Shown here: piece after piece, positions 38,572 to 49,285 of the stretch
Layout of the letters: the number at the start of each line of letters is the position of its first letter
Numbering within the stretch: position 1 is the first letter of the stretch
Virus record (IMG/VR): IMGVR_UViG_3300018475_001996
Location: 62,001-126,000 of that record
Origin: an uncultured virus (IMG/VR IMGVR_UViG_3300018475_001996)
Taxonomy: Duplodnaviria > Heunggongvirae > Uroviricota > Caudoviricetes
Reading direction: 5' to 3' (one strand)
Length of the DNA stretch: 64,000 nucleotides
Notes under the pieces: model-generated
The model's database searches: none
What the model was told of the DNA's origin: nothing
What the model saw: only the letters and a program-made list of their open reading frames with translations
Position numbers and translations under genes: made by a program

Positions 38572-39438
38572 TTACTTCTTAAGAGCAGCCTCACGAAGTT
38601 CCTTCTTAGCTTCTTCGATACGCTTTCTGATTTTTGCATTGATAGCAGTCATAATCGGATCAAAGAGTAAGTCAAAACGGGATTCGTTGAGCTTACCGAT
38701 GAGGTAATCGCTCTTGGCGTTCAAGTAACGACCCTTACGATGCCAGTAGTTATAGGCTTCAGACTTAGTAGCGTCGTCTTCAGAAGTATCTTCTTCTTCA
38801 GCTTCGCCTTCGCCTTCGGAACCTTCTTCAGATTCACCTTCGCCTTCAGTACCTTCTTCGGATTCGCCTTCACCACCTTCAGTACCTTCTTCGGATTCGC
38901 CTTCGCCTTCAGCACCGTTATCTTCGTCGCCGAGTTCAGCATCGCCGAAATCTTCAGTAGCAGCATCTTCGGATTCGCCTTCACCTTCACCTTCAGAACC
39001 TTCGTCGTTATTGTTACCAAGGTTTTCTACCTTGTCAGACAAAGTTTGAATAGCGGTGGTAAGGGTGGTAAGAATGTCCTTAAGTTCGGTAGTAACTCCG
39101 GATTCGTCTTCCTTAGAAGAACCGTCGTCTTCTTCACCTTCGCCCTTGAAATCTTCGAGGTTGTCGGAATTTTCTTCGCCTTCACCTTCAGTGCCTTCTG
39201 CATCAGAAGCAGATTCATCGTCAGAAGCACCTTCGCCTTCAGCACCTTCTTCTGGTTCTTCAGAAATATCGAGATCTGAATTCTTTTCGTCCTCGTTAGA
39301 AAGTTCTTCGAGGTTTTCTTCACCAGTAGAATCGTCGGAAGTTACCGGCTTTTCTTCGTCACCATCCAAGAAACCTTCGTTGAGGCCCTTCTTGTTGGCA
39401 CGCTTCCATTCTTCAAAAATTTGCTGTTCGTTTTTCAT
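38572..39438 (-). CDS. highly acidic prohead core/scaffold-like late protein
   Basis: E/G/D-rich repeats (EGEGESEEG); TATAAATA 39461-39468. Confidence 0.6.
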   Translation of the reverse strand: MKNEQQIFEEWKRANKKGLNEGFLDGDEEKPVTSDDSTGEENLEELSNEDEKNSDLDISEEPEEGAEGEGASDDESASDAEGTEGEGEENSDNLEDFKGEGEEDDGSSKEDESGVTTELKDILTTLTTAIQTLSDKVENLGNNNDEGSEGEGEGESEDAATEDFGDAELGDEDNGAEGEGESEEGTEGGEGESEEGTEGEGESEEGSEGEGEAEEEDTSEDDATKSEAYNYWHRKGRYLNAKSDYLIGKLNESRFDLLFDPIMTAINAKIRKRIEEAKKELREAALKK

Positions 39439-39498
39439 AATTTAAAATCCTCTATATTCTTATTTATAAAAATTTTAAAAAGGCTCGTTTTTGCAAAA

Positions 39499-39903
39499 TT
39501 AAAGGGTATTTCTAAATGTTAACATTTCTGGAGAATTATACATTTCGTCAAATTTCTTGGTAAGTTCTACACACTTCATGAAACTTGTCGTGTTATTTGT
39601 AATAATATCACGGAAATCCATGTAATATTCATCAAGAGTAGTCTTATAGTTCTTGCTGAGCTTGAACATATCCAGAACTGCTGCATTCTTAAATTCCTTC
39701 TTGAGCTGCTTGATAGTTGCCGGAGTCAAAGTCTTGATATAGCGTTCAACACAGTCAACTGCAACCTTAAGAACAACATCAGCCTTAATTTCTTTCTTAT
39801 CGGCACAAGTGATAAGACGTGGGCTAATGAGAGTGTAAATCAATGGATTGTTTTCCATCGAACTAAACTCTGCAGATTCATTCATTAAGTAGTCTCTTAA
39901 CAT
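39499..39903 (-). CDS. hypothetical protein
   Basis: ORF track. Confidence 0.65.
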   Translation of the reverse strand: MLRDYLMNESAEFSSMENNPLIYTLISPRLITCADKKEIKADVVLKVAVDCVERYIKTLTPATIKQLKKEFKNAAVLDMFKLSKNYKTTLDEYYMDFRDIITNNTTSFMKCVELTKKFDEMYNSPEMLTFRNTL

Positions 39904-40250
39904 ATTATTTTTCCCTTCGAACTCTTATATTGGTATTTTGCCGCAATGCTAGCAAGCGACAAAGCCATTTGATTCAATGTTTCCTTGATGTCTTTAATAT
40001 CAGCCTTAACTGTGGATGTTTCATCTTTCAAATACGAAATATCCTTTTGCATCAATTCTTTTTCAATTTCTAACTTATTAATTTTATCTTTGTACTTGTC
40101 ATCAAGTGCCTGGATTTGAGACTCTCTCGAAGCACTTGTAGACTTACGTTGGAAGTAAATAACCAAATACACAAATGCACAACAAAAAATAGTAACCACT
40201 ATAGCCAATGCGTTTCCTGAATCAATAATTTTTAAAACCAAATTCTCCAT
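39897..40250 (-). CDS. single-TM coiled-coil protein (holin-like)
   Basis: TM helix followed by heptads. Confidence 0.5.
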   Translation of the reverse strand: MENLVLKIIDSGNALAIVVTIFCCAFVYLVIYFQRKSTSASRESQIQALDDKYKDKINKLEIEKELMQKDISYLKDETSTVKADIKDIKETLNQMALSLASIAAKYQYKSSKGKIIC

Positions 40251-40265
40251 AATGCGAACCTCCTT

Positions 40266-41045
40266 TTAATTATTTATTTTATTTTTTAAAGCGTTCACAT
40301 CTTGTTTTAGAACCGTATTTTCGTTCTTAAGTGCATCAATTTCAATCTGTAATTCATGAACTTTATTGTATAAAGTTTGAATAGATGCGAAATTATCACT
40401 AAGTGCAGAAAATACCTGGTCACATTCTTTATTAGTTACGAGAGTCCATGGATAACTAGCCTCGTCTAATGGATTTCCAGAACCAGCATATGTAACATCT
40501 AAAACTTTATCTATTGCAATTCTTGCATTAGGCGAAAGTCTTAATACGTTATTTCTAGTTCCGTTTCCAGCAAAATAGTTTGGATCTGCATAAACAGCAC
40601 TAAGATGTGCGCTAGCTGCAGAACAATATTCCTTTTGGTCAACTTTAGCAGAAATAGCAGAAAGTTGCTCATAAATGTTTGGAACATATTGCGCAGAAGA
40701 CCACATTTCATAGTTGTCACCAACAATCAATGCAGCCGAAACCATTTCAGAAAGACCAGATAAAGCGGTTAATCCACTAAGAGCCCCAATATCGAGCTGT
40801 GCAAAGGCACTAACTGCAGAAATTGTATTCCACATGTCAATATCTTGATATGTCACACAAACACATTCATCAGCAGAAGGCGGACAACAAGGCATATTCC
40901 AAGGAACTAGCGCAGCTGGTTCAGAATCATTCCAATGATGCCAATATCTATAATGCGGCCAGTCAGGATGAACGTGCGGACCTGGCCAATCCGGGCCGTA
41001 TGGACTCGGATAATGTGGTGGAAATGGTGGATAACCGTTATTCAT
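40266..41045 (-). CDS. late protein with Pro/His/Trp-rich N-terminus and C-terminal coiled coil
   Basis: TATAAATA 41050-41057. Confidence 0.65.
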   Translation of the reverse strand: MNNGYPPFPPHYPSPYGPDWPGPHVHPDWPHYRYWHHWNDSEPAALVPWNMPCCPPSADECVCVTYQDIDMWNTISAVSAFAQLDIGALSGLTALSGLSEMVSAALIVGDNYEMWSSAQYVPNIYEQLSAISAKVDQKEYCSAASAHLSAVYADPNYFAGNGTRNNVLRLSPNARIAIDKVLDVTYAGSGNPLDEASYPWTLVTNKECDQVFSALSDNFASIQTLYNKVHELQIEIDALKNENTVLKQDVNALKNKINN

Positions 41046-41114
41046 ATTATATTTATAAATTTTGAAAACACCCTGATTTTGGGTGTTTCAAAACTTTTTA
41101 TATAAATTATTCTA

Positions 41115-41513
41115 TTAAAGATACCTAGAAGCAATGTCCATAGAATAATCAAATGCTGTCTTCTTTGGCTGTTCTTCAGCAGGAGCAGGAGCCGGAGCAG
41201 CAGATGTTTCTGTGCCAGTCGGAGCCGGAGCTGGATTTGCTTCAGGAGCCGCAGGAGCAGCAGGAGCCGGAGCAGGATTTGCTTTAGGTGCAGGAGCAGC
41301 GGCCGGTTTTGTTTCCGGAGTAGCAGCCGGAGCCGGAGCTTCAGCAGGCTTAGCGGCAGGAGCCGGTTCATCAGCCTTACGAACATTATAACCAGCAGCC
41401 ATTGCGATATTGCGAGCCTGTTCTACTTCATCCTTCGGGAGTTCAACGGTATAACCGCTGTTGCGAACAATACGCTTTGCTCTAATAATATCTTCAACAC
41501 TGTAATCACTCAT
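41115..41513 (-). CDS. Pro/Ala-rich protein with two A..I....GY modules
   Basis: IIRAKRIVRNSGY, VEQARNIAMAAGY and a PAPA linker. Confidence 0.7.
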   Translation of the reverse strand: MSDYSVEDIIRAKRIVRNSGYTVELPKDEVEQARNIAMAAGYNVRKADEPAPAAKPAEAPAPAATPETKPAAAPAPKANPAPAPAAPAAPEANPAPAPTGTETSAAPAPAPAEEQPKKTAFDYSMDIASRYL

Positions 41514-41552
41514 ATTTTTCCTCACTATGTTTTAATTGTTATAACTTATTTA

Positions 41553-42962
41553 TTAAATTTTTGCGGTGCCATATTTCTTGGCAGTATCATCATTCTTTGC
41601 CCAGGCATTTAATGTTCTCCAAATCTTTTCACAACGTTTTGCGATTTGGGAATCCGGTTCTTGAATGATTTTAATTGCAGTCTGAGTAACAGAAAGGAAT
41701 TCACCAGTTTCCTTATCATAAAGAACTGAATTACTTCCTGTATCATCACTGAAATATTCAACTTCAATAGGTTCTTCAAGTCTATCAGGGTAAATCTGAA
41801 CTAAGTCACAACCCTGTCTCATATATACATTTCCTTCTGCGTCGACTTCAAGACCATCTGCAAGTTCATCAGTTGTAAATAACTGATTATTAACGGATCT
41901 GTCTCTATTCCATGCAGCTTGAATTGCATCTTTCTTTTGAGAATAATATTGAACCATTTTGTTCTTTTTCCAGGTTTCTTTACTTGTAAGTTTAGTCCAG
42001 CTAAACTTACCGTCTTCAGTAGTCACATCGGACCAAGAAATTCCGCCCGGGAAAATATTTTTAGAAAGGTCAAATGCATTATTTGCCTTGCTTAATTCTG
42101 TCGGATTAACCAGAACATCACACATCGTATCAATGTCATTTATACAGTCATTGATTGTCGACGTACTTCCTTCGATTGCACCATAAGTGCTATTTTTATA
42201 TTCCGGGTCAACATACCAAGTATCTCCGCTCTTCGTAATGTGCATTGTGGCGCATGCATTAGCATAATAATTACTGGAAGTTGCGATAGAAGCACATGTT
42301 TCATCGGAATCAATAACGCAGTTAAACAAACCTTCGATTTTGTTAAGATAATCGACAATACCTGTACTGAAAGTCCATTCAAGGAACTGTTCCAAGAATT
42401 TTTTAATAGATTCAATTTTCTTGTTTACTAATTCACGATTGACAAGAAGTTGTTTTTTGAGACCCAATAAAATTTGCTTAATAGTTTCAACACCGAAACT
42501 AAATGTAAAACCGTAATTACAAACCGTTTTCTGGAATGTTTGAATATCTGAAAGAATTTCACGAATATTATTAAATAAATCCGCATTTACAAAATTATCT
42601 TTACATTGCTTTGTAAACCATTTATCCAACTGTTTAAAAAGTAAGGAACTTGGGTCAAGAAGTTCATTAACGAAAGTCAAGCAGTCGAAAAGACGGTTAC
42701 ACCAGATATTATGTCCAGCACTGTCTTGAGCTGACGGATCATATATCATATCCGCCAGTTTCTTTTGATATAGTCGCACCGCATCTACAGCGGTTTCAAT
42801 TAACTTTGCAACTGTATAATTCCATAAGGTAATAAGAGACTGAGCCAAAGCTTCAATCTTTTCGAGCATACCTTTTGCCATTTCCTGATATGCTTCAATA
42901 GCACCGCAAATGACCTGAAAGGTTCCGTAAATATATGTACATATTAAAGATGTAACGCTCAT
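41553..42962 (-). CDS. hypothetical structural-region protein
   Basis: 469-aa ORF next to the tail gene. Confidence 0.7.
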   Translation of the reverse strand: MSVTSLICTYIYGTFQVICGAIEAYQEMAKGMLEKIEALAQSLITLWNYTVAKLIETAVDAVRLYQKKLADMIYDPSAQDSAGHNIWCNRLFDCLTFVNELLDPSSLLFKQLDKWFTKQCKDNFVNADLFNNIREILSDIQTFQKTVCNYGFTFSFGVETIKQILLGLKKQLLVNRELVNKKIESIKKFLEQFLEWTFSTGIVDYLNKIEGLFNCVIDSDETCASIATSSNYYANACATMHITKSGDTWYVDPEYKNSTYGAIEGSTSTINDCINDIDTMCDVLVNPTELSKANNAFDLSKNIFPGGISWSDVTTEDGKFSWTKLTSKETWKKNKMVQYYSQKKDAIQAAWNRDRSVNNQLFTTDELADGLEVDAEGNVYMRQGCDLVQIYPDRLEEPIEVEYFSDDTGSNSVLYDKETGEFLSVTQTAIKIIQEPDSQIAKRCEKIWRTLNAWAKNDDTAKKYGTAKI

Positions 42963-42988
42963 TATTATCCTTGTTGTAGTATATATAG

Positions 42989-43540
42989 TTATTTATCTTC
43001 TAAGTTCTGTAACTGCAATTCGATAGTTTCGTAATCGAATGTGCAAGCAAAAGTACAAATATCCGAAGTACCATATTCAAGAGAGACATTTTGAAGGTTA
43101 GTCAAAATTGCATGCTTGAATTTCATCTTTGACTGAATCTTATTGTCATTGTTTAACGAAACGATTTCAATGGCGTCGATACAGTCCATACGTAAAAGTT
43201 CTTCGCCTTTAAGGCTCTTCTTTCCGCAAGTTTCACCATGACGCATAGCGTCAATCCAACAATAGAAATAATAAAAATTCTTTAACTCTTCATCAAGCTT
43301 GAATTCGACAGTAATAGACTGGAGTTCACGAGCACCAATCGGATTCGGGTGCAACTGACGTTCATGCATATACATGGAAGTAAGCATGGGAATAGACAAA
43401 TCCGGAATACTGACCGAGCGAACATAGTTGTCAAGAATATGAGTATCTAAGTCGATACCTGTAAAATTAACAAGATTCGAGAATCGCACCACGAATTTGT
43501 TTTTATTAAAATCATTAATACTGGTTGTAATTCCTGCCAT
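42989..43540 (-). CDS. T4 gp3-like tail completion/terminator protein (tube-fold family)
   Basis: VRSVSIPDLSI...ITVEFKLDEELKNFYYFYCWI...FACTFDY; TATAAATA 43557-43564. Confidence 0.75.
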   Translation of the reverse strand: MAGITTSINDFNKNKFVVRFSNLVNFTGIDLDTHILDNYVRSVSIPDLSIPMLTSMYMHERQLHPNPIGARELQSITVEFKLDEELKNFYYFYCWIDAMRHGETCGKKSLKGEELLRMDCIDAIEIVSLNNDNKIQSKMKFKHAILTNLQNVSLEYGTSDICTFACTFDYETIELQLQNLEDK

Positions 43541-43615
43541 AATTATCCTCTGATTATATTTATAAACGAAAAAATCACCCCTCCAGGAAGGGTGATTTTT
43601 GGAAATGAATAAAAA

Positions 43616-44320
43616 TTACTTATTACTTACAGAAGTATCAACCTTGGAAGTATTTGCGAAGTTGTAAATAAATCCGTATGGTGCTTTCTTCTTAATAAGC
43701 GTTGTTAAGCGGCTAATAAACTTCTTAAAGAAATTTTCTCCTGCTCCAGAAATAGTCAACTTAATGAAGTCTTGTTTTTCATCGCCTTCGATTAAATCAA
43801 CGTTTATTTTAACAGGATTGTCTTCCTTATCAAGATTTTCCAAATAATTATCGGAAATTACCTGAATTGCTTCCTTAAGATTCTGTTCGATTTTTTGAAC
43901 AACAACGCCCCTAAGTTTTTCATTAGAGAAATCAAAACCAGTTTCTTTTTCGGCTTCAAGAATAATACTATCCAAATCTAAACCAAAAGCTTCAGAAACA
44001 TTAATTTCGATAAGTTTGATGTTGGAAAAACTTTTAATCTTATTGATAATTTCAGTATATTTTTTATTTGCACCAGCCTTATCAAATTCGCCTTCCGGTG
44101 TCTGCATATTACCAAGGGATTCAATAGCTTGCTTAATATTTGACTTATTGATAGCAACTTTATAGACAAAATTACGGCTGTTCATTTCCTTAACTTTGTC
44201 CTGCTTATCCTGTTCGTCTTTTTCTGCCTGTGCAATGTCGAATTTATCTTTTGCAATCTTTGCAACACGATCGAAAAGTTTTTGTGCTTTAAAAACGGAT
44301 GCTTCAAATAAATTTGTCAT
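43616..44320 (-). CDS. late hypothetical protein
   Basis: N-terminus MTNLFE; TAATG-coupled. Confidence 0.7.
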   Translation of the reverse strand: MTNLFEASVFKAQKLFDRVAKIAKDKFDIAQAEKDEQDKQDKVKEMNSRNFVYKVAINKSNIKQAIESLGNMQTPEGEFDKAGANKKYTEIINKIKSFSNIKLIEINVSEAFGLDLDSIILEAEKETGFDFSNEKLRGVVVQKIEQNLKEAIQVISDNYLENLDKEDNPVKINVDLIEGDEKQDFIKLTISGAGENFFKKFISRLTTLIKKKAPYGFIYNFANTSKVDTSVSNK

Positions 44321-45420
44321 TATGCTTCTCCTCGATTCATGTTCTTCTTAATAATCATTGTGTTAACCTTGACTTCCTTCGGTTCACCGAATTCGCCAAT
44401 GATATTTTCATCATCGATTTCATCAAGGAAGTTCTGACAGTCGGCAACAGTTTCGAAATTCAAGAACACATTGCCCTTCTGAGAACCACGACCATACAAG
44501 AAGTGACCAACGTCTTCAGCTTTCTTATTGATTGCTGCAAAGAGTTTATTAAGTTCTTCGCCGATACCAGACAAGTCGATATTCGGATTTTCTTTACGCT
44601 TTGCTTCGATAAATTCTTCAATATCACTATCGGAAAGCTTCCAAACAATACGTCCAATCTTTCTATCGTTACCATAGCGGTTATTCTTTACTGCATCCAT
44701 AATTTCATCTTTGATTTTGTCAAAGATAACTTCGGAACTCTTGTCAGTAAACTTAGCCTTTTCAATGGTCTTACTCTGCTTCCAACCGCGGTTTTCACTT
44801 TCAACCTTGTCGTAAACAATTCCCTTACGGCGAGTACATTTTTCAATTTTAATCATCGCCTTAAGAGTATCTTCCGAAACTTCAAGAATCTTCTGTTCGA
44901 ACAACTTTTCATTCATGAAATCTTCAGCATGGTCCTTGGAATCATAATACATGTACAAATGACCGTCCTGAACCCAAGAATACTTATAGCCCTTGATAGC
45001 GTCAGTGTAAAGTTTTTCGTCTTCATCACTTCCGGGATTAGTATCTGGACTATCGTATTTTGTATTGGCACCACGAGCAAATCCGACAATTTTATCGATT
45101 GTGCTATTGACTGTATCTGTAATAGTCTTTATAATTTCAGTCTTAGCATTGTCAATATCGTCGCTGTTTTTGCTGTCCTTAAGTGTCATAGCACACTTTT
45201 CGATAAGGCCTTGACGGAAATTACGATTACTGAAATCGAAATTCAAACGCCAAAGTTCAATCTTTTCATCCGAAGGATTACCGGTAAGGTGCTTCTTTGT
45301 ATTATGCCAGCTTTTCTTAAAAATATCACCAATGCCTTCGTCAAGCTGAAGGTCGTAGGTATAATTACCCTTTAGCTTTTCTTTCGCTAAATACTGTGAA
45401 AATGTTGTATCTTTATTCAT
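44320..45420 (-). CDS. late protein with internal duplication
   Basis: TATAAATA 45450-45457; GHLYMYYDSKDHAEDFMNE and GNVFLNFETVADCQNFLDE. Confidence 0.7.
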   Translation of the reverse strand: MNKDTTFSQYLAKEKLKGNYTYDLQLDEGIGDIFKKSWHNTKKHLTGNPSDEKIELWRLNFDFSNRNFRQGLIEKCAMTLKDSKNSDDIDNAKTEIIKTITDTVNSTIDKIVGFARGANTKYDSPDTNPGSDEDEKLYTDAIKGYKYSWVQDGHLYMYYDSKDHAEDFMNEKLFEQKILEVSEDTLKAMIKIEKCTRRKGIVYDKVESENRGWKQSKTIEKAKFTDKSSEVIFDKIKDEIMDAVKNNRYGNDRKIGRIVWKLSDSDIEEFIEAKRKENPNIDLSGIGEELNKLFAAINKKAEDVGHFLYGRGSQKGNVFLNFETVADCQNFLDEIDDENIIGEFGEPKEVKVNTMIIKKNMNRGEA

Positions 45421-45452
45421 TCCGGAATTCCTTTTAAAATCTTTTATATTAT

Positions 45453-45815
45453 TTATAAAGATTCAAAAGTTTCGAGATCCTTGGCGAAATGCTTACGGTT
45501 AGCCTTAATCCAGGATTTTATATCCTGAAGTGCCCTGTGCATATCGTTCCAATCGATAGTTGTACCCTTTGGGACATCCTCTTCACGAATATCCATAGCC
45601 CAATTACCGGAATTGAACCTAAATGTATGATTATCAAGACTATCAGAAATACGGTCACACTCTTCAAGAGCCCAATCCGGGTATCTCTTGACAGTATCGA
45701 CACAAAGTTTCAGAAGTGGGTTAAAAGTCGGCATCTGAAGGATGTTTTCCATAGTTCTAAAGCCAGTGAACTTTGCAATAGTGTAAAATCTTAGAATTTG
45801 TACAATCGGTCTCAT
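45453..45815 (-). CDS. hypothetical protein
   Basis: AGGAG SD. Confidence 0.65.
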   Translation of the reverse strand: MRPIVQILRFYTIAKFTGFRTMENILQMPTFNPLLKLCVDTVKRYPDWALEECDRISDSLDNHTFRFNSGNWAMDIREEDVPKGTTIDWNDMHRALQDIKSWIKANRKHFAKDLETFESL

Positions 45816-45897
45816 TTTAATTTCTCCTATAAAAATAAATGAAAGCCTAATTTGAAAATTAGGCTTCTTTAACGTTATGTCTTATTATATATGAAAA

Positions 45898-46590
45898 TTA
45901 ATCCTGGATTTTTGTCGCTGTAAAGTTATGTTTTTTGAGGACCAAAAGAGCTTCTTCCAGATTTTTATCCATTTCTTCGGATTTGTCTTCTTGTTCTGGT
46001 TGTTCCTTAGTTTCTTCTTCCTTTTCTTCAGCAATTGGACTGTCTACAGGCATTATATAAGTAATAGCCTCATCCCAAGACATACCCTTATATTTTGAAT
46101 CTGGTTCAAAATATGTGGACTGATTTTCTTTACCAAGGTCTGCACGATAAACGAGCTTCGCACCGTCGGCATATTCAAGGAAGTTGTTTCCGTCGACTAA
46201 CTTACCCTTTCCAATAACACCGTTAGTGACCTTTGCATTTGCAACATCTTCAACATCGGATTTCATTCCAGCTGCAAACTGCTTAAATCTTCCAAGAATT
46301 TCTTCAGCCTTTTCGATACCTGCCGTTATACGAGAATTGATAGCTGACATATTCGGAGATTCCTTTGCGTTTCCAGAAGTATTAAGGAAAAGGACTGCCG
46401 CGACGATAGTGCTCAAGAGAATCTGTGTAAGATTGTTATCTACATTAGAATTCTGAATTTCCTGTTTAATATCACCGGCATCAGACATAAGCTGTTCTTT
46501 TTCGTTTTCGGTTTTTGCGCCTTTTGCAAAATTTACAAATGTCTTAACCTTGTTAAATAGATTGTCTAGTTTCTGTGCTTCGTTAATCAT
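45898..46590 (-). CDS. late protein, probable virion protein
   Basis: MINE N-terminus; LEEALLVLKKHNF C-terminus. Confidence 0.65.
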   Translation of the reverse strand: MINEAQKLDNLFNKVKTFVNFAKGAKTENEKEQLMSDAGDIKQEIQNSNVDNNLTQILLSTIVAAVLFLNTSGNAKESPNMSAINSRITAGIEKAEEILGRFKQFAAGMKSDVEDVANAKVTNGVIGKGKLVDGNNFLEYADGAKLVYRADLGKENQSTYFEPDSKYKGMSWDEAITYIMPVDSPIAEEKEEETKEQPEQEDKSEEMDKNLEEALLVLKKHNFTATKIQD

Positions 46591-46594
46591 ATCT

Positions 46595-46606
46595 TATTTA
46601 TAAATA
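46595..46606. promoter_or_regulatory. overlapping back-to-back T4-type late promoters
   Basis: Palindrome TATTTATAAATA with an ATG 4 nt away on each side. Confidence 0.75.
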
Positions 46607-46610
46607 TCGC

Positions 46611-48630
46611 ATGGATATTATTTTGGTGAATAAAAAATATGGTTACGAATCAAAGATCCCGTTTCCGTTAGTAGAACCGGTTAGACTTTGGGAAAACACT
46701 GCAATGATTTTAAACGGCGGTAAAAAGAACTATAGTATATGGGCATCGGATTTTGAAGATTTGAACCTTATTCTTCCAAATAATACAAAATTAGTTCTTA
46801 AAGATTTTAAAAATGTAAAGGAACTATATGATTATATAGTTCCTATCCTAAACAACGAAGAAAACAAATTTGTACTTGAAAACTATATTTAAAGTTCGTC
46901 AAGCTTATTCATGGTTTTTGCGAATTCAAGATTATCCTTTATAATATCGTGAAAACCAGAAACACTGTCATTAAATTCGTAATCATTTATTCCGTATTTC
47001 AATTTAAGTTCTTTATAATCATTTTTCGTTTTATCGGTTAACACGAATATCATAAATTGACTGGTAAGATAAAAACGATTATTTAATAGTAAAATTTCAC
47101 GTCCACTTACTTGTAATATCTCATTGACGTTTTCTTCATTGACAGCAAGTGCCTGAAAATAAACCGTAGGCTTATCTTTATATGAATACGTAATATATGG
47201 AACTTCTGAAATTACGTTCGTAATGTCAACGGCCGTTTTACCATTGACTACTGCTGTACTAACACGATGTTTATGAAATTTTAAACCCATTTTAAAGCTT
47301 CTCGATAGCATTATTAGTTCTAAATTTTTCGACAGCGACGGTAAACTTATCATAATTTTCCTTATTATAAAGGTCCCCGTATTTTGTACCATTCAGAATA
47401 ACACAATCATTCTTGTTCTTGGTTATCATATACCACGATTTGGTATTATTCATTTGGTCTACTTTAATTTGAATAACACCACCTTTTACGATTAAACTCG
47501 TAATATCGGTGAATTCCACACGTTTTTGTGAATAACGACCCGTACTTATAAATAGTTCATTTTTCATATTATATAATATAACAAACTTAATCCAGTTTGT
47601 CAATAGCTTTTTCTACGTTATATTTTTCAATATACGGCGAAATCAGGTCTATAAATTCATGTATAGGTTTTGTTTTGTCAAAATGTATGCTAATATCATT
47701 ATACATGAAATAGGCTTCAGCTTCTATATCGTTTGGGTCTATCATAATAGATATTCTTTGATGAGTAAATTCATCTTCATAACAACAGCCCAAATAACCG
47801 TCTGCGTCATTAGCATATATCAATTCTCCGACACTCCACATAACCCGGTGGTTTCTATTAATCATACGTAATTTTATAGTAGGCGGTCTCTGCATACTCA
47901 TAATATAGTAATTCAGTTCTTATTTGTAAACCCGTTGACGGTTTTAAAATATTTTGCTATATTATTAGCATGACAAAACCTAAGATTTTAATCTATCATT
48001 TTTCGTATGACCCAGAAGAGTTCGATATTGATAGGTTTAATGATTTCGTTATCAGAGAGAATTTGTCAACGGGTACAGCTTTAGCTGTACCGTTGACTTC
48101 TCCAAAATTACGTAGTATTAGGAACAGAATTGCATTTATTCCGCAAAGTCATTTTAATCATAAAGATGTATATTTTATGATAGATGACGTAAAATATGAG
48201 TTTCCCGGTAAACCGCTTCATGAAATTTATAAAACAATGTCAGAAGCAATATATGAAAAAATAGTAGAATATAAGCTTTCGGTGTTAAATGGCTAATATA
48301 GTAGCGTTTAGATATACAGAAAAATACAAGCCACTTTTAGGTGGTAAAGAAATCCCAGTAAGTCAAATGAATTTCAATGACGAAATTCATGCATATTCCA
48401 ATTTATATAAAGGATATACAACAGTCGCTTTTTGCGGTATAAAGAAATGGGCCGAGGCTGAATATACTCTTTATTATTATGTCAAATGGTTTGCTACTGA
48501 AGAGATAAGATTGAGCTGGGACGATAATTGCTATGTCATTTATGATGGTGTCAAATATACTACTGTAGAAAAACTGTATGCCGCGATAGAAAATAAGAAA
48601 AATCTAGCAATACTTGATACTTACCTATAA
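46611..48630. CDS. six small C-terminal-helix family proteins (+46611-46892, -46889-47290, -47292-47567, -47587-47895, +47970-48296, +48289-48630)
   Basis: Ends include NNAIEKL, VEKAIDKLD, MNKLDEL, LAILDTYL; divergent early promoters at 47902-47963. Confidence 0.75.
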
Positions 48631-48708
48631 AAAATGACGGACCGCCAGATCCGTCATGAATTATCATATTGTTGAAACGTGTTCGACAAAGAACCAATAT
48701 GATAAAAT

Positions 48709-49221
48709 TTAAATTGCGTCAGTACCAGAACGATTTTCGATAATCTTGAAGATTGCTTCAAGCTTCGGTTTTAAAGTTTCCTCTGCCTCGTCGAAATCTT
48801 CAGCCATATACGGAATCATTTCCTTGATGGCTTCTGTAACTTTAGCACGGATAGAATCCTCTTTTTCTATAACTTCTGTTTCGCCCCAACCTGGGTCATA
48901 GGTTCCGAAATCACGTCCATCCCAGCTTGGTTCTTCGCCAGTATAGCGAACTTCGACTTCGATTGAATTACCGTCACCGCCTGTAGAATCATACTGCTCA
49001 TCGAAATCCTTAACAAAACCAGGAAGGATCTCTTCGATTTTGGCGACTTCTTCCTTTGTAACGCCCAAGCGACAAGTCAAATCAAAAGACTTCTTAAGCG
49101 GATTACCATGATAATCCAGCAATTTATCAATATAGATAGGAACTTTTACTGTGTCATCATTATAATGTTCACAGACATATCCGTTATTTTCCAAAATAAT
49201 CAAAGATTCGCTTACTTTCAT
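48709..49221 (-). CDS. acidic late protein
   Basis: TATAAATA 49239-49246; begins MKVSESLIILENNGY. Confidence 0.7.
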   Translation of the reverse strand: MKVSESLIILENNGYVCEHYNDDTVKVPIYIDKLLDYHGNPLKKSFDLTCRLGVTKEEVAKIEEILPGFVKDFDEQYDSTGGDGNSIEVEVRYTGEEPSWDGRDFGTYDPGWGETEVIEKEDSIRAKVTEAIKEMIPYMAEDFDEAEETLKPKLEAIFKIIENRSGTDAI

Positions 49222-49285
49222 TATAACCTCATTTTTATTATTTATAGCATTGACGAAAAGTGAATCTCTTGCTATATTTAGTAAC

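Noticed and set aside
38790..39000. DNA tandem repeats (ttcggattcgccttc)
   Set aside because: Explained by low-complexity EGEGESEEG protein repeats; the same applies to the PAPA repeats at 41180-41370.
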